From Ruditapes philippinarum (Eukaryota), in contig NW_026857783.1 of assembly GCF_026571515.1 (NCBI RefSeq), positions 50,878-114,877 on the forward strand: 64,000 nucleotides of DNA, in the 5' to 3' direction. Shown in pieces: positions 45,730 through 58,198 of this stretch. Both the position numbers and the translations under genes were made by a program. Below the pieces are notes generated by a model. The model saw nothing but the letters and a program-made list of their open reading frames with translations. It searched no databases and was not told the origin of the DNA. Position 1 is the first letter of the stretch, and every line of letters begins with the position of its first letter.

Positions 45730-48700
45730 GTGGGTAAGAGAGGTCGGCGGACAAAATGAAAATAAAAGTTCTTAAATGAACTTTTATTTTTATTTGATTT
45801 TCTCTAAAAATACGGTCGGCGGTCCCGTAAAACATTTTATAAAAAAATGTTGGCCTTATTTATGGGGAGAGAGGTAGGTGATTTTTATTCAGGTCCATAC
45901 TACAAGTAGTTTAGTTCCTAAAAGATGTTTTGTGCTTTACTTGTAAGCAATATGATCCGGTTTTTAGTCATATATTTCTTCAGAATCTGCACTGCAGATT
46001 TATCTCTATATTGTCTCATAAAACTGCAGATTATACAGTTTGAAAATTTGAATCGAGAGACCAATGCATTTTCTCCCATTCCAACAATATCTAAGCATGA
46101 CTAGAAAAAGTAAATCTACAAAACGTTAGTCCTTTGTGTTTAGAAACATTAATTTAATTAAACAACCAGTTTAACCTATTTTCCTGTTCGTCAAATGCGT
46201 TAGAAAAAATAAACAATGTTACAGTATAGACCAAGCGACTTTGATCCAATTTTGTTACAGTATATACCCAGATTTCGGTTACAGATTAGATACTTGCCAA
46301 ATTTCAAACAAAGTTCGTGTATCCATTATTTTTATGAAATAAACCATACTTTTCCAATTAATATATTCTTAAAATGTTGTATCACATTTGTTCTTCAGCA
46401 GAAAAGTTATAGTTTGCTATTTACCTTACTTAAAGTACTTATATTCAGATTTAGACTTTTTGCAGAATAAGTAATGTCCTAAGGACAACAACAGTAACGT
46501 TTATCAAATTGTATAGAGAGAAGAAATGTTATTGCTTCATTCCATTACACATTATAATAATGCTTATTAGTAATAAAATAGCGAGAAAAAAAGAATCCTT
46601 AACATGCAGAAGTCCAACATGGAAAACATGAAAATATTACAGGCTCAATTTGATTAAACCTGTTCATGGACGGTAGTGGTAACTGCAAGCTATCGTCCAC
46701 GACTCAGAGCACCGGCTTAAGCCTAGGTCACAAATAAGAAAATGCCGCCGGGCGGCGTCTGTTTCTCCAAAAAATCATAATATCGGCCAGCGTCCGTCCG
46801 GCGGCAGTGACTATCGGACGGCAACAACTGAAAATTTTGCTCATCGGGCGGGCGCCTTCGAGTTTTAAGTAATACTTAAAAGCTAACGGCGGCCGGACGA
46901 CAATTTTTGGGTCACTGAGTATAAAATATTATCGAGCGGACATCGCTCGGTCGCCGGGCGGCGACCGGGCGATGATTTTTTGATCGGGCGATTTTTTGTT
47001 CTACTAAAACACCGTCCGATTTAAAAGGCGTCCGGGCGGACATCGGCCGGGCTCCGCCCGGTGCCTGAATAGTGACAAGTAGTCAAACTATTATCGCTCG
47101 GTACCTGGACGATTCATGTACAGGCACCGGGCGGTCATCGTTTTGTCATCCGGCGACCGGGCTGCTTGTGTTTGTTGTAATTTCAGCTTGAAGAAGTTGT
47201 AATTGCCTCAAAATATATTTGTGAATTTCTTTTGAATACTAGTAAACATGAATTTTTTCTTCAATGTCCATGCGAATGTCTGATTGATTTTTGCCTTCTA
47301 CTTGCCGTTGGTGACTCGGTGTCAACAACACGGACCATCGCCTTGGCCTTCCCCTTGGCTTTGGCAGCTGACTTCTTTGCTGGCATAATTACAACTGGCT
47401 GATTTATAAAGGATGTCGTCATTGTCGCCCGGCGCCCGCGAGACAACCGTCCGATTCACTTTTAAATCGCACAGGCGCCGTACGGACATCGCCCGATCCG
47501 TTCAATTCTTTCTGGCAAAAAAATCGCCCGACGACTGTTTCATTCATGACCACGCAAGGTATCAGATTTAAAATCGCTTTGCGTCCACGACATCAAAAAA
47601 TCTGCCGATTTTATAAAAATCGTTTAATCGGACGGCGCCCGTTTTATTTGTGACCTAGGCATAAAGCAGAATTCACATTGGTAAACTTTAGATTTTTGAA
47701 CATATGTGGATGTGTTTATATGACGGTTATCATGGAACCTTTAATGTGACACGTTATTGCAATTCCATTTCAGGTTAAAATTGCGTGTGCCCTTAACGAG
47801 AATACATTGGGTGAAACTAAATAAATTGGAGTTTGTGAAGTATGCATACCACAGGTAAGCTGTCAAAAGACACAATTAAAAAGCAGGCAACTAAGGGTGA
47901 TTAAACAGTATTCAAGTGAGAAATACTGCAACCTTAAAACTTATTTTAAGTTGGAATGAATTTCCATCTACAATAATGTATTTTGTAAGTAAAGGGTTTG
48001 TTACTTTTGGTTTTCTTGGATTTTAAGTTTCAACGACACGGAGGTCATGTGAAAACATTCCGTCTTCAGTGTAAAGAAAGACCCCAGATACCCCTTCGTA
48101 AAACATTTCAGACACGAGCGGGTACAAGACTAGAACCACCGATCTTCCGTAAACTAGCTTGATAGATTCATCCAACGTCATGACGGGATTTTAATCACAG
48201 CAGTAAAGGAAAGCTGATTTGAAGTCGACGATTTTATCTCGGCTCTGTCACTATTATTTACCTCCACCAGGCTATATGGAAAAGATATTGTAATTGTCTG
48301 ACCTTATTTTTTACTCTATATCTTTCAATATTATTTTCTTTTTCAGAGACATGAAAACTTCTATACAGGATGTCTGAAATAAAAAAAATAATAAAAAAAT
48401 GACAAAATAATCTTCACTTCAACAAAGAAGCATTCGAAATGACGCAAGGGTCATGGTTTGTTTTGAATGCTTTTTGGTTCGAGATGAGGAGTTTTAACAA
48501 CATTGTCTTTTTAAAATCTATATTTTGGGTTTTCGTATCCCAGATTGCAACAGAAACCATTTGAACAACTTTGGTAGAAATTCATGTAAATTTCATAAAA
48601 TTTAGTCAAGTAGTTACTGAGCGGATGAGATTGGACAGACATGTGTTCGACAGACGGACGAATAGGCATCTGGCAAATAATCTCACCAGTTGAGTTTCTA

Positions 48701-49060
48701 GAGATTTAAAAGTTCATACATTTTACTTAGCATATATTTAGTAAATATCGAGGTCTAAGCTGTAACCGAAATCTGGTAATATACTGTAACAACATCGGAT
48801 AAAAGTCGCTAGGTCTAAGCTGTTATAGAACCAATATAAAGATGAATCTGCGTGGCAGGTTCTAAGGAAACATATGACAAGATACCGGATCCTGTTCCTA
48901 ACGAGCGAAGCACAAAAATCTTTTAGAAACTAAACTACTTGTAGTATGGACCGGAATAAAAATCACCTACCTGTCTTCCCCACAAATAATGCTCCGTCTT
49001 GAAAATTGTATACTGTAACCCGAAAGCGCGATACTGTAACACGTTCCCTACGGTGAGGAT
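45730..49060. repeat. Large inverted-repeat structure: arms ~45730-46300 and ~48744-49060 in mirrored block order, flanking ~2.4 kb that contains the GC-rich TIR element
   Basis: The left arm has blocks SINE-tail (45730-45880), X (45850-45930) and Y (46215-46300). The right arm has Y' (48744-48830, 'ctgtaaccgaaatctggtaatatactgtaaca'), X' (48890-48975, 'aaactacttgtagtatggacc') and SINE-part' (48990-49060). The order is reversed, as expected for TIRs or two inverted copies of a ~570-bp element. Confidence 0.55.
46722..47659. mobile_element. ~940-bp GC-rich TIR element (TIR 'cctaggtcacaaataa..' / '..ttatttgtgacctagg') packed with (c)cgggcgg / tcggacgg motifs
   Basis: The termini are reverse complements over ~18-25 bp and further out ('gcttaagcctaggtcac' vs rc 'gctttatgcctaggtcac'). 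Internal GC is far above the genome background. The minus ORF 47261-47446 (lysine-rich 'PAKKSAAKAKGKAKA') is short and unsupported. Confidence 0.7.
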
Positions 49061-49149
49061 GTACATTGAAAAACAGTATTTATAACATGTCTGGTTCAAG
49101 AAGAAATAGTCGTAATAAACTTATATCATATAGATTTTTTAACAAGGTT

Positions 49150-49525
49150 ATGAAACAGAAATGTATGTCTCTACAAGTAATATTCCTGCTAAACACAGAT
49201 CCGCTCTGGCTAAATTCAGATGCGGTGTTGCGCCTATACGTTTAGAAACGGGGCGATATGAAAATATGTCTGTTAATGCTAGACTGTCCTATTTGTAAAA
49301 ATGCAGTTGAAACGGAAAACCATGTCTTATTAGAATGTTCTACATATGAAACAATAAGAAGGAGTTTATATGAAGAAGCTGTTAAAATTAATCATAACTT
49401 TCACGGATGGAATGATGATCACAAATTTGAATTTGTTCTATCTTATCACGATATTGTAAGAGAAAGTGTCAAAGCCTGTTTCTCAATATTAAATATGAGA
49501 TCGAACCTTCTGTACAGTTAGTTTT
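49150..49525 (+). pseudogene. LINE (CR1/L2-like) ORF2 C-terminal fragment, frameshifted
   Basis: 'RSALAKFRCGVAPIRLETGRYENMS' then, after a +1 shift, 'CPICKNAVETENHVLLECSTYETIRRSLY', the conserved C..C..E.E.H.LL.C..Y...R tail also seen at 27411-27761 (-) and 51579-51788 (-). Confidence 0.75.
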
Positions 49526-49689
49526 TATAATAGACAGTTACTTTTAATTGTACAGGTATATTTGCTTGGTTTTTTAACATGTTATTTTTTGTATTTTATA
49601 ATTTTTGCTCTTTTTAAGCCAATGGCCAAGTAATATCTGATGATACCCATGTACCCTGAAACATTCGTGTTCTTCAGTAATCATATCCT

Positions 49690-50445
49690 ATACATTCATT
49701 TTCTTACTTAGTCACGCCCCTTACAATTATTTTCATGGTCATGCCATGTAGATCTATTTTTCTTACTTTTCATAGACTGTACATCCATATTCTTACACGG
49801 TCACCTTCTTTACAAAGATGTACTTGGTCACGTCCTGTACATCTATGTTCTTACTTGTAATATCCTATACATTTATGTTCTTACATTGCCACGTCCCTTA
49901 CAAACATGCGCTTGGTCACGTCCTGTACATATATATTCTTACCTGTAATGTCCTATACATTTATGTTCTTACATGGCCACGTCCCTTACAAACATGTACT
50001 TGGTCACGTCCTGTACATCTATGTTCTTACTTGTAATATCCTATACATTTATGTTCTTACATTGCCATGTCCCTTACAAACATGCGCTTGGTCACGTCCT
50101 GTACATCTATGTTCTTACTTGTAATATCCAATACATTTATGTTCTTACATTGCCATGTCCCTTACAAACATGCGCTTGGTCACGTCCTGTACATCTATGT
50201 TCTTACTTGTAATATCCTATACATTTATGTTCTTACATTGCCATGTCCCTTACAAACATGCGCTTGGTCACGTCAAGTACATTTATATTCTTACTTGTAA
50301 TATCCAATACATTTATGTTCTTACATGGTCACGTCTCTTACAAGCATGTACTTGGTCACGTCCTGTACACATATATATTCTAACCTGTAATGTCCTATAC
50401 ATTTATGTTCTTACAGGGTCACGACTCTTAAAAACATATAATATA
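49690..50445. repeat. 88-bp satellite (~8.5 copies), with an extra diverged ~1.3 copies at 51950-52065
   Basis: Unit 'cacgtcccttacaaacatg[ct][ga]cttggtcacgtcctgtacatctatgttcttacttgtaatatcctatacatttatgttcttacattgc'. ORFs 49818-50592, five overlapping, are spurious. Confidence 0.9.
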
Positions 50446-51039
50446 TTCATACTTAATTTTTGTCTCATTCGTATATACATTTTTATACATATTTACACAT
50501 ATTCACATAAAATCTGCATACGACCATTCTATTTAAGAATTTCAAGAGACATTATATCAATGATAAACATATTCAAGACCTATTACAGTTAGACTAAAAT
50601 CAAATAGTTAAATTACAATGTATTTAAACAAAATATTAAAAGTAAGGTAACCATCGCTAATCGAAAAATGAAAACTGCTAAGAAATTGAAAATTGTAAAT
50701 CGGAGCCCTAACGCGCCTATAAAAACGTTTTAAAAGATCGATTATCATCCAAGATAAGATCTTGCATGGCCTGATTAGCGAGGATTACCTTAACCTTGGT
50801 AAAATACATTATCATGTTTAAAGCAAATATAATGGCATTATTTACAAGAGAATAAAAGACGACGTTGTAGAATGTTAAAACATGTTTTGGCACAATAACG
50901 TATCATTTCAGTTTTAGTGAACAGAAAAATTAATTGTTCATTTTTAGACATTTGTACAAATACATTATCTACCGTTTTGGCTTCATCAAATAATGATTTT
51001 CGCAAGTCATCGTACACAAAGCAATCAAGAATGACATTA

Positions 51040-51560
51040 CTGTCACAGAACTGGCATTTTCATTTCAATACATCTAAATTCTGGAAACAAAGTGATCCCT
51101 CGGAAACATTAATTACAACAAATTAACATAAGAATTTCAGACTCGGTTTGATTGAGTCTGTACATGAGGGATAATGTATAAGTGCAACATCCCTCACACC
51201 CCCTAGCACCGGCTGAGCGGTACTCAATTCTCAACACTTTATAGTGTTGGCATCAATGACCCCGAAGGACCAGAAAATATAACAACACTGAACTTTTTAC
51301 GGCTGCCACACGGCACTTGACACCTGCTGTTGTGAAGTACAAAATTCTGGAAACAAAGTGATCCCTCGGAAGCATTAATTACAACAAAATAACATAAGAA
51401 TTGCAGACTCGGTTTGATTGAGTCTGTACATGAGGGATAATGTATAAGTGCAACATCCCTCACGCCCCCTAGCACTGGCTGAGCGGTACTCAGTTCTCAA
51501 CACTTTATAGTGTTGGCATCAATGACCCCGAAGGACCAGAAAATATAACAACACTGTAGT
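51040..51560 (+). mobile_element. Tandem pair of ~290-bp elements whose 3' ends are hairpin + 7 nt + CTAG (Helitron-terminus-like), diverged relatives of the 4309/19134 repeat
   Basis: '..cagactcggtttgattgagtctgtacatgagggataatgtataagtgcaacatccctcaca(c)cccctagcac[ct]ggctgagcggtactc..' at 51131-51240 and 51391-51500. ORF 51239-51475 is spurious. Confidence 0.55.
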
Positions 51561-51578
51561 GAAGTACGGGGCAACTTT

Positions 51579-51790
51579 TTAAAAGTTGCCTTCGTAAAAA
51601 AAGCCTTCGCAACGCCCAGTTTCTATGCGTAAAGGCGCAACACCACAACGAAACTTGCTAAATGCAGTGCGATGACAAGGAGGCATAATGAGTTTACAAA
51701 ATAATTCTGTCTCATATTTTGTTTTAAACAGTCGATATGTACGCAACTTATTGCCACCACGACCAGAAGGACCGGTGACACTATTCAAAG
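51579..51790 (-). pseudogene. LINE ORF2 C-terminal fragment
   Basis: 'RTAFSKFRCGVAPLRIETGRCEG' matches the same conserved tail as 27600-27700 (-) and 49190-49260 (+). Confidence 0.65.
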
Positions 51791-54150
51791 ACTAGAGCAA
51801 GTTTAAAACAAAATTTTCTTGCAATATAGTTGTAATAATATTCACTATAGTATGTTTTGGAATGGAAATTCTTATATCACTATATTGGCGTGCATTACAA
51901 TTTTTTAACATATCATTAACATAGCAAGACCAGTTCTTACATGATCTACATGTACTTGGTCACGTCCTGCACATATATATTCTAACCTGTTATGTCCTAT
52001 ACATTTATGTTCTTACATGGCCAGTCCTTTCAAACATGTACTTGGTCACGTCCTGTATGTTCTTTTTACACTTAAAAGAAAAAGTTTTTATATGTATAAA
52101 ATTATGCTTATAAAAATTTTTCAAACATCAAAGAAAATGTAAAATATTAAATGCAAATATTTGTGCACATTATATGTAATCATTAAAATCTATACATTCA
52201 TTTCGTACTGAAAGTTTGACTTATACTTTATAGAAAATAAATTTTTGATTTACCTCCCTTTTTTACATGAAATGTTAAATTCGGTAATATTTTTATATAT
52301 TATGCTTCTTGGAACTTACATATTGATAAATCTTAATTGGAGCATCATATTGATGATATAAAACCATAAAAATATTGTGTAACAGGAAGGATCTTTAACA
52401 AAATCATTGCAAAAAGTCTTTTAAAATTACATTATTCTAAGCATGTTACAACCGAGGTATCTCGTCTTATTGGAAACGTAGAGCAGGATTTTTGACAATT
52501 TATTTAATACATATTATATACCTCACCAATTTTTACAAACTTACTTGATCTGAAATATTTATCTAGTTATATCTACCGCCCATGCATTTTGGTAAAAATA
52601 GAGTTTAAGACAATTTATTGAACACACCATATATATCTGACCAATATCTACATGGTTATTTGATCTTGAATATATCATTTACTCAATCTGCTGGCAAATA
52701 TGGCAGATCGGTCTCTTTTTTTATCTTAAGTTTCAGAAATCTAACCGAAAGATTTCTCTCCATCACCAGCATATATTATCTTTATTAGCAACTAGTTGAT
52801 TAAGCCTTTTCATGCAACATCCCCTGAACACGCCAATTTTAAATCAATGAGTAGCTTAATTGGTGGAAATAATCATTTTAACTGCATATTATATTTTATA
52901 AAAAGAGATTTTTTTTCCAATGAAAAATATAAAATATCGTGCGCTTCATCACCATAACATTTTATTTTTGACGCATTCTTGTTAGTTTCTATAAATGTGA
53001 TAGTCTTATGTGATGTGTGACACGAAAAAAAGTCAAGATATTTGTATTTGATAAAGGAAGCAATTAAATCAAGTTATGTTTTAAATCATATAATTATAAT
53101 ACTTTTTTCGTAATCTTACGTATGTTATTAATCTTATAATGCAATATAAACTACCTTGAAATTTCTGGCAAAATGAAAAAATAAAACACTTACATCTTTT
53201 TAAACATGTATTTCTTTTTTCAAAGCATATTTACATATAACAAACATACAATAAAACTATAAAAAATGTCATTTAATATGTATCATAAAAGGGTGGTTGC
53301 TATACTTTTCCGTATAGTAATTTATCAAGTATGCTTCTGTATTAATTCGATATGGTGAAAAGATTACATAATTTAGTTTCGATAAAAGTGCGAATACTTG
53401 GAAGGTTTGTAATAGAAAAATTAAACGTATCTTTAAAGAAATAGAGTCCTACGGAAAAACCCCTTTTATTTTAATATGGGTTTTAAAACTGTTTTATTTT
53501 CCCTTTTAAAAAATTTAAATTTTTCTGAAGTAAATAAAAATTTTTTATCTAAAGATAAAACTCAAAAATAGGGTTTTTCACCCTTAACAAAAAAAAATAA
53601 GACAAATTTTTGTGAATTAAACTTGACAATGTTTTTAAAAAAAAGACCGTTTTCCTAACTTAAAAATTATGCAAACCTTAAAAGAAAAATAACACAAAAA
53701 AGAAAAAAATAGTGAATTTGAAAAAAAAATTGGAAAAAAGGAAAAATTCCCGAATTTGAAAAAGTTTCCATTTTCCCCTAAATTTAAAACCTTTAGTATT
53801 TTTAAAAAAATGGGGGCAAAACAAATAAATTGGAAAAATACAGTGGAAACTTAAATTTCAGAAATAAATTTATTATTACCCTTTAAACTTAATTTTGATG
53901 CGCGCTTTTTATTAGACACTTTAATTGTGGTAATGAAATATCCAAAAATAAAATGTTAAACTCTTTAAAACTGGCAAATTCTCTACAGGGGCGAGGTGAA
54001 CAATTTCTGAGTTGACCAGTTTAAATATCAACTATACCTTATACATATGTATACATTTAATTAGACAGTCTGTGTCGCAGCGTTTTAGGAAACTCAAAAT
54101 GTGAAACATTTTATTCAGGCCCATACAAAGAGAGTTATAAAACATATAAA

Positions 54151-55389
54151 CAAGGGGGCCATGATGGCCCTAGATCACTCACCTGACCCATTGAACTCGT
54201 CCAAACAATTACCTAGACAAGCATTCTGACCAAGTTTCATAACAGTTGAGTCAAAAATGTGACCACTAGAGTGTTAACTAGGATTATCCATATCTGTGTT
54301 GCCTAGTTTTTTACCCAGGTGACCTATATTCGAACTTGACCTAGAAATCATCAAAACAAACTTTCAGACCAATTTACAGGATATTGGGATCAAAACAGTA
54401 GCCACTTGAGTGTTAACAAGATTTTTCTATTTTTAGCTCCAGAGCCCTAGTTTTTCATCCGAGATGACCAATGTTCGAACTCTTCCTTGCAATTACCTAG
54501 ACAAGCAACCTGACCAAGTTTAATGACACTCGAGTCAAAAATCTGACCGCTAGAGTGTTTACAAGGTTTGTCTATTTTTAGCCCTGGTGACCTAGTTTTT
54601 CATCCGAGATGACCAATGTTCGAAATCATCCGTACTATCACTTAGACAAGCATCCTGGCCAAGTTTGATGTTGATTGAGGCACAAATGTGACCGCTAAAG
54701 TGTTAACAATGTTTTTTTTTCTATTTTTAGCTCTGGTGACCTAGCTTTTCATCCTAGATGATCCATGTTGAAATCATTTGAGCTATCAACAAGATAAGCA
54801 TCCTGAGTAAGTTTGATGATGACTGAGGCAAAAATGTGACCGCTAGATTGTTAACAAGGTTTTTAGTCTTTTAGCTCCGGTGACCTAGTTTTTCTAGACA
54901 GCAAGCTGACAAAGTTTGATGATGATTGATGCAAAAATGTGACCGCTTGAGTGTTAACAAAGTTTTTCTATTTTTAGCTCCTGTGGTCTAGTTTTTCATC
55001 CGAGATGACCCTCGTTCTTGCTCATTCAAGCTATCACCTAGACGCACTCCTGTGACCTAGTTTTTCATCCGAGATAACCCATGTTCGAACTCATTCGAGC
55101 TGTCAACTAGATAAGCATCTTGAGCAAGTTTGATGATTATTGACGCAAAAATGACCGCCCGGGTTTTAGCAAGGTTTTTCTAGTTTTAGCTCCGGTGACC
55201 TTGTTTTTCATCCGAGATGACCCTCGTTCGTACTCATTCGAGCTATCAACTAAATAAGCATCCTGAGTAAGTTTTATGATGATTGAGACAAAAATGTGAC
55301 CGCTAGAGTGTTAACAAACAAGTGTGGACGGACGACGGACAGACGACCCTAAAAGCTCACCCTGAGCAAGCTCAGGTGAGCTTAAAAAC
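54151..55389 (+). mobile_element. 1.2-kb tandem-repeat element (pearl/HINE/Helentron-associated type): 5' palindromic head, ~8 units of ~135-150 bp, (GGAC)n-like tract, hairpin tail '..agctcaccctgagcaagctcaggtgagcttaaaaac'. The insertion is proven by an empty paralogous site
   Basis: The flanks 53330-54150 and 55390-55700 are collinear with 63040-64000, where 'acatataaa|gaaaac|tatttaacc' (63763-63786) is uninterrupted. Here it reads 'acatataaa[CAAGGGGGCCATGATGGCCC....CAGGTGAGCTT]aaaaactatttaacc'. The repeated core motif is 'ctagtttttcatccgagatgacc'. Confidence 0.85.
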
Positions 55390-57832
55390 TATTTAACCAA
55401 TACTTAAGGTATAACAAAAGTTATTGTGATTGAACAGAAATGAAAGAGTGGTTATGAAGAAGATACTAAGTATTTCCAATGTTGTTAATCAAAATTTGCC
55501 AACATATTTAAAGTTTGTACTTCAACCATAACTGATATCGAATGTATACATGTATATAGGCCTATACGAAATATAACTGGAAAACAGCCAAATTCTGATA
55601 CTCTTTGAAAACGGCGTCACTACTGACTATCATTTTCATTACCTTTTTGATAGTTCTTTAGTTTTTGCCATAAATGATTTGTACTTCTATCAAGATACAT
55701 AACATACATGCTGGTTTTCTTAAAATTTATAATTGATGTTTTAAGAAGACGAATTGGTTGAAAAGGGTATCCGAAATACCATGATATATCCGTCACTCGT
55801 AACATAATAAAATATGCATTTCATTTCAATTCTTCAGTTAAAATTTATTAGTTGTACAGTTCAGTCAAATAATGAGTCATTTTTAAATCAATATTACTAT
55901 TAATGGCATGTTCATGTCTGCTAATCGGTCAAGTTTGTTTGATATTTTGTCCTTAACTTTTCGCACCATGTAGGGTACCTTATCTATGTTATATTCTTAA
56001 GGGAACATTCGACCGAAGTAAGTAGATTTTTACACTTAGGAATTTTATGAATAGTAACTAAAGAATTTCTTAAAAAAAACTTATGGAAATCTAATGAATA
56101 TTTTAAGGAAAACCTTAAAAAGTAAGAGAATGTTTTCCCTAAGGAGCTGATCTACTGATTTCTTACATCCAGCGTGGCGTTGTTTACAAGCTGATTTTCT
56201 ATCAGATCAGATCTATTGACACAGACCATTTAACAAACACGACTGTTTTGTGTGTTATTCAGACTATAGCTATACCTTAAATATAGTTTAAATGTTTTCG
56301 TAGAAACACCTGGTTTAACAGCTTGCCTTTTCCTTCTTTTTTTTCCTTTTCCAAATGTATATATAAATGCAAGGTCATAACCACTGATTTATAATCGAAC
56401 AGTTGTAATATTTGTAAAGTGTATTGTATTATAAAAAGAATAGGAAAGGTGAGCATTCTTGAAAATGAATATGCTTTTTAAAAGATTTTAAACTGGATTT
56501 AATGTTTTATCTTTAAATGCCAAGTTTGACAGATATTAAATTGAAAAGTATCGTATTTCGACTCTTGTTCATTATTATTTTTCTTTTGCTAAATTGAACG
56601 TGTAATATCATATTATTAATATTTTAAAATTAGATGGCTACAGAAGCAGGAACACCCAGTTATCAGGATAAAGAACTACGGCAGGTAATGTGCAATTCTT
56701 CTCAATTTTCTCGTAAATTTAAGAATAATGTTGTTTTATTTCGAAGTTCTAGAAATAAGTTAAAAAAGCGATTAAAGTTTAAATATAAAAGAGTCAAGAA
56801 TCACAAAAGGAATCATAACTCTTGTAAAATTGCCTGTTGAACTATAGACATTATGATCATATGATCAAAAGTTAAAAAACTGTATTCAGTTATAACTCGA
56901 GAGCAATGTTTGTCGTACAGTACTATTTAGAAAATACAATACAAATTAAATTTCATCTAATTATAAGAAGTTAAAAATGACGTTGGACAAAACAATATGA
57001 AAGGGTTTCAAACTATGATAATATCATATGAATATAAGGCACATACAAAATTTATCCATGTAATGTTGATAACATTCTGACCTCAGGTTGCCTGATTTCG
57101 TTACGTGCCAACATTCGTTGTCCATTCTTCCGAGGAAGCTGCAATAAAAACACTTCATACACAACACAAAAGTCTTGACGAATGCAAATGTTATGTCATC
57201 ATTTCCATTTCACAACATTAACTTGTTTATTCTTTTGTTCATTTTGTAAATCAAGTTTCGTTTCGTTCAAAGCCTTGATAATGGCCGTGTTGTCATTACG
57301 GTATTTCAGGTAAAATATCTGGAAATTGTTATTCCGACATATGCTTGAATATATTATGTATTTGATCGGTTAAAGTCGTTTTTTATAAAAAAAAAACTTT
57401 GTTGCTTGGAATATAAATGAAAACCTAATAAATTAAATATCGTCAAAATTTTGATTGTTAATTTTTAATTACTTTGCAGAAAAAAGTTTTGGGGGGTCAC
57501 AGACTTATGACTGAAGCAATATTCCAAAATCAGAAAAACGATCAATTGAAATAAGTTTTTTTATCTGGCAGTAACAAGGAAAGGGTTAAAACTCTAATTT
57601 TAGGACAAAAGGAAAGTACGAGTTATACCATAAATAATTCATTGTACAACTTAATTTGCATCTCTTTTGAATTTGGAGGTTTGTTCTGGACATCCATCGT
57701 GTGCTTGTATATATTCTGTTTCGTAATTATTTCATTCACCTTTTGTTTTGCAACATCTATTGATGTAACGCAATTTAAAATGAGCGCTCTTATTTTCAGA
57801 ATGAGAGGGTAGAGAAAGGACAGAACAGGTTC

Positions 57833-58198
57833 TTGCGTCACAGAAACTTCATTTTTCAACGAATCGACATCGCGTTAGTTCTTGCTAATTGCTATCAGAT
57901 AAGAACCATTGTCTCAGAACCCAACAAACATGAATATTACAAGATACCATTGGGGTTTGCGATAGGCTCAATATGTTCACAGATTTTGTTTACGATACTG
58001 ATGGTCATTACTTGGCAATCAGATAAAAGGTCAATCGACTCTCAAGGCAATATAAAAAAGGCTGAAAGTTTGATAGGCAAGGTCTCGCAATTCATTGCCA
58101 TGCTTTTAGTTCTATTTATTGTCATTTCAAACATTGTTGTTGTAGAATTTGGGGCTATGACCAGCAATAATAAAGGAAATAAAACTGACTCAAGTTGA
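57833..58198 (+). CDS. Possible exon/ORF encoding two hydrophobic helices (IPLGFAIGSICSQILFTILMVITW; VSQFIAMLLVLFIVISNIVVVEF)
   Basis: 121-codon ORF with TM-like segments. There is no recognisable family and it overlaps the antisense ORF 57623-57859. Weak. Confidence 0.15.
   Translation: MRHRNFIFQRIDIALVLANCYQIRTIVSEPNKHEYYKIPLGFAIGSICSQILFTILMVITWQSDKRSIDSQGNIKKAESLIGKVSQFIAMLLVLFIVISNIVVVEFGAMTSNNKGNKTDSS

Noticed and set aside
47261-47446. Minus-strand ORF with histone-tail-like 'PAKKSAAKAKGKAKA'
   Set aside because: Only 61 codons, inside the GC-rich TIR element, and no histone-fold sequence follows. It is a chance ORF in GC-rich repeat DNA.
49818-50592. Five overlapping ORFs (72-145 aa) with near-identical translations
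   Set aside because: They are in-frame read-throughs of the 88-bp satellite. The periodic protein repeat is an artefact of the tandem DNA.
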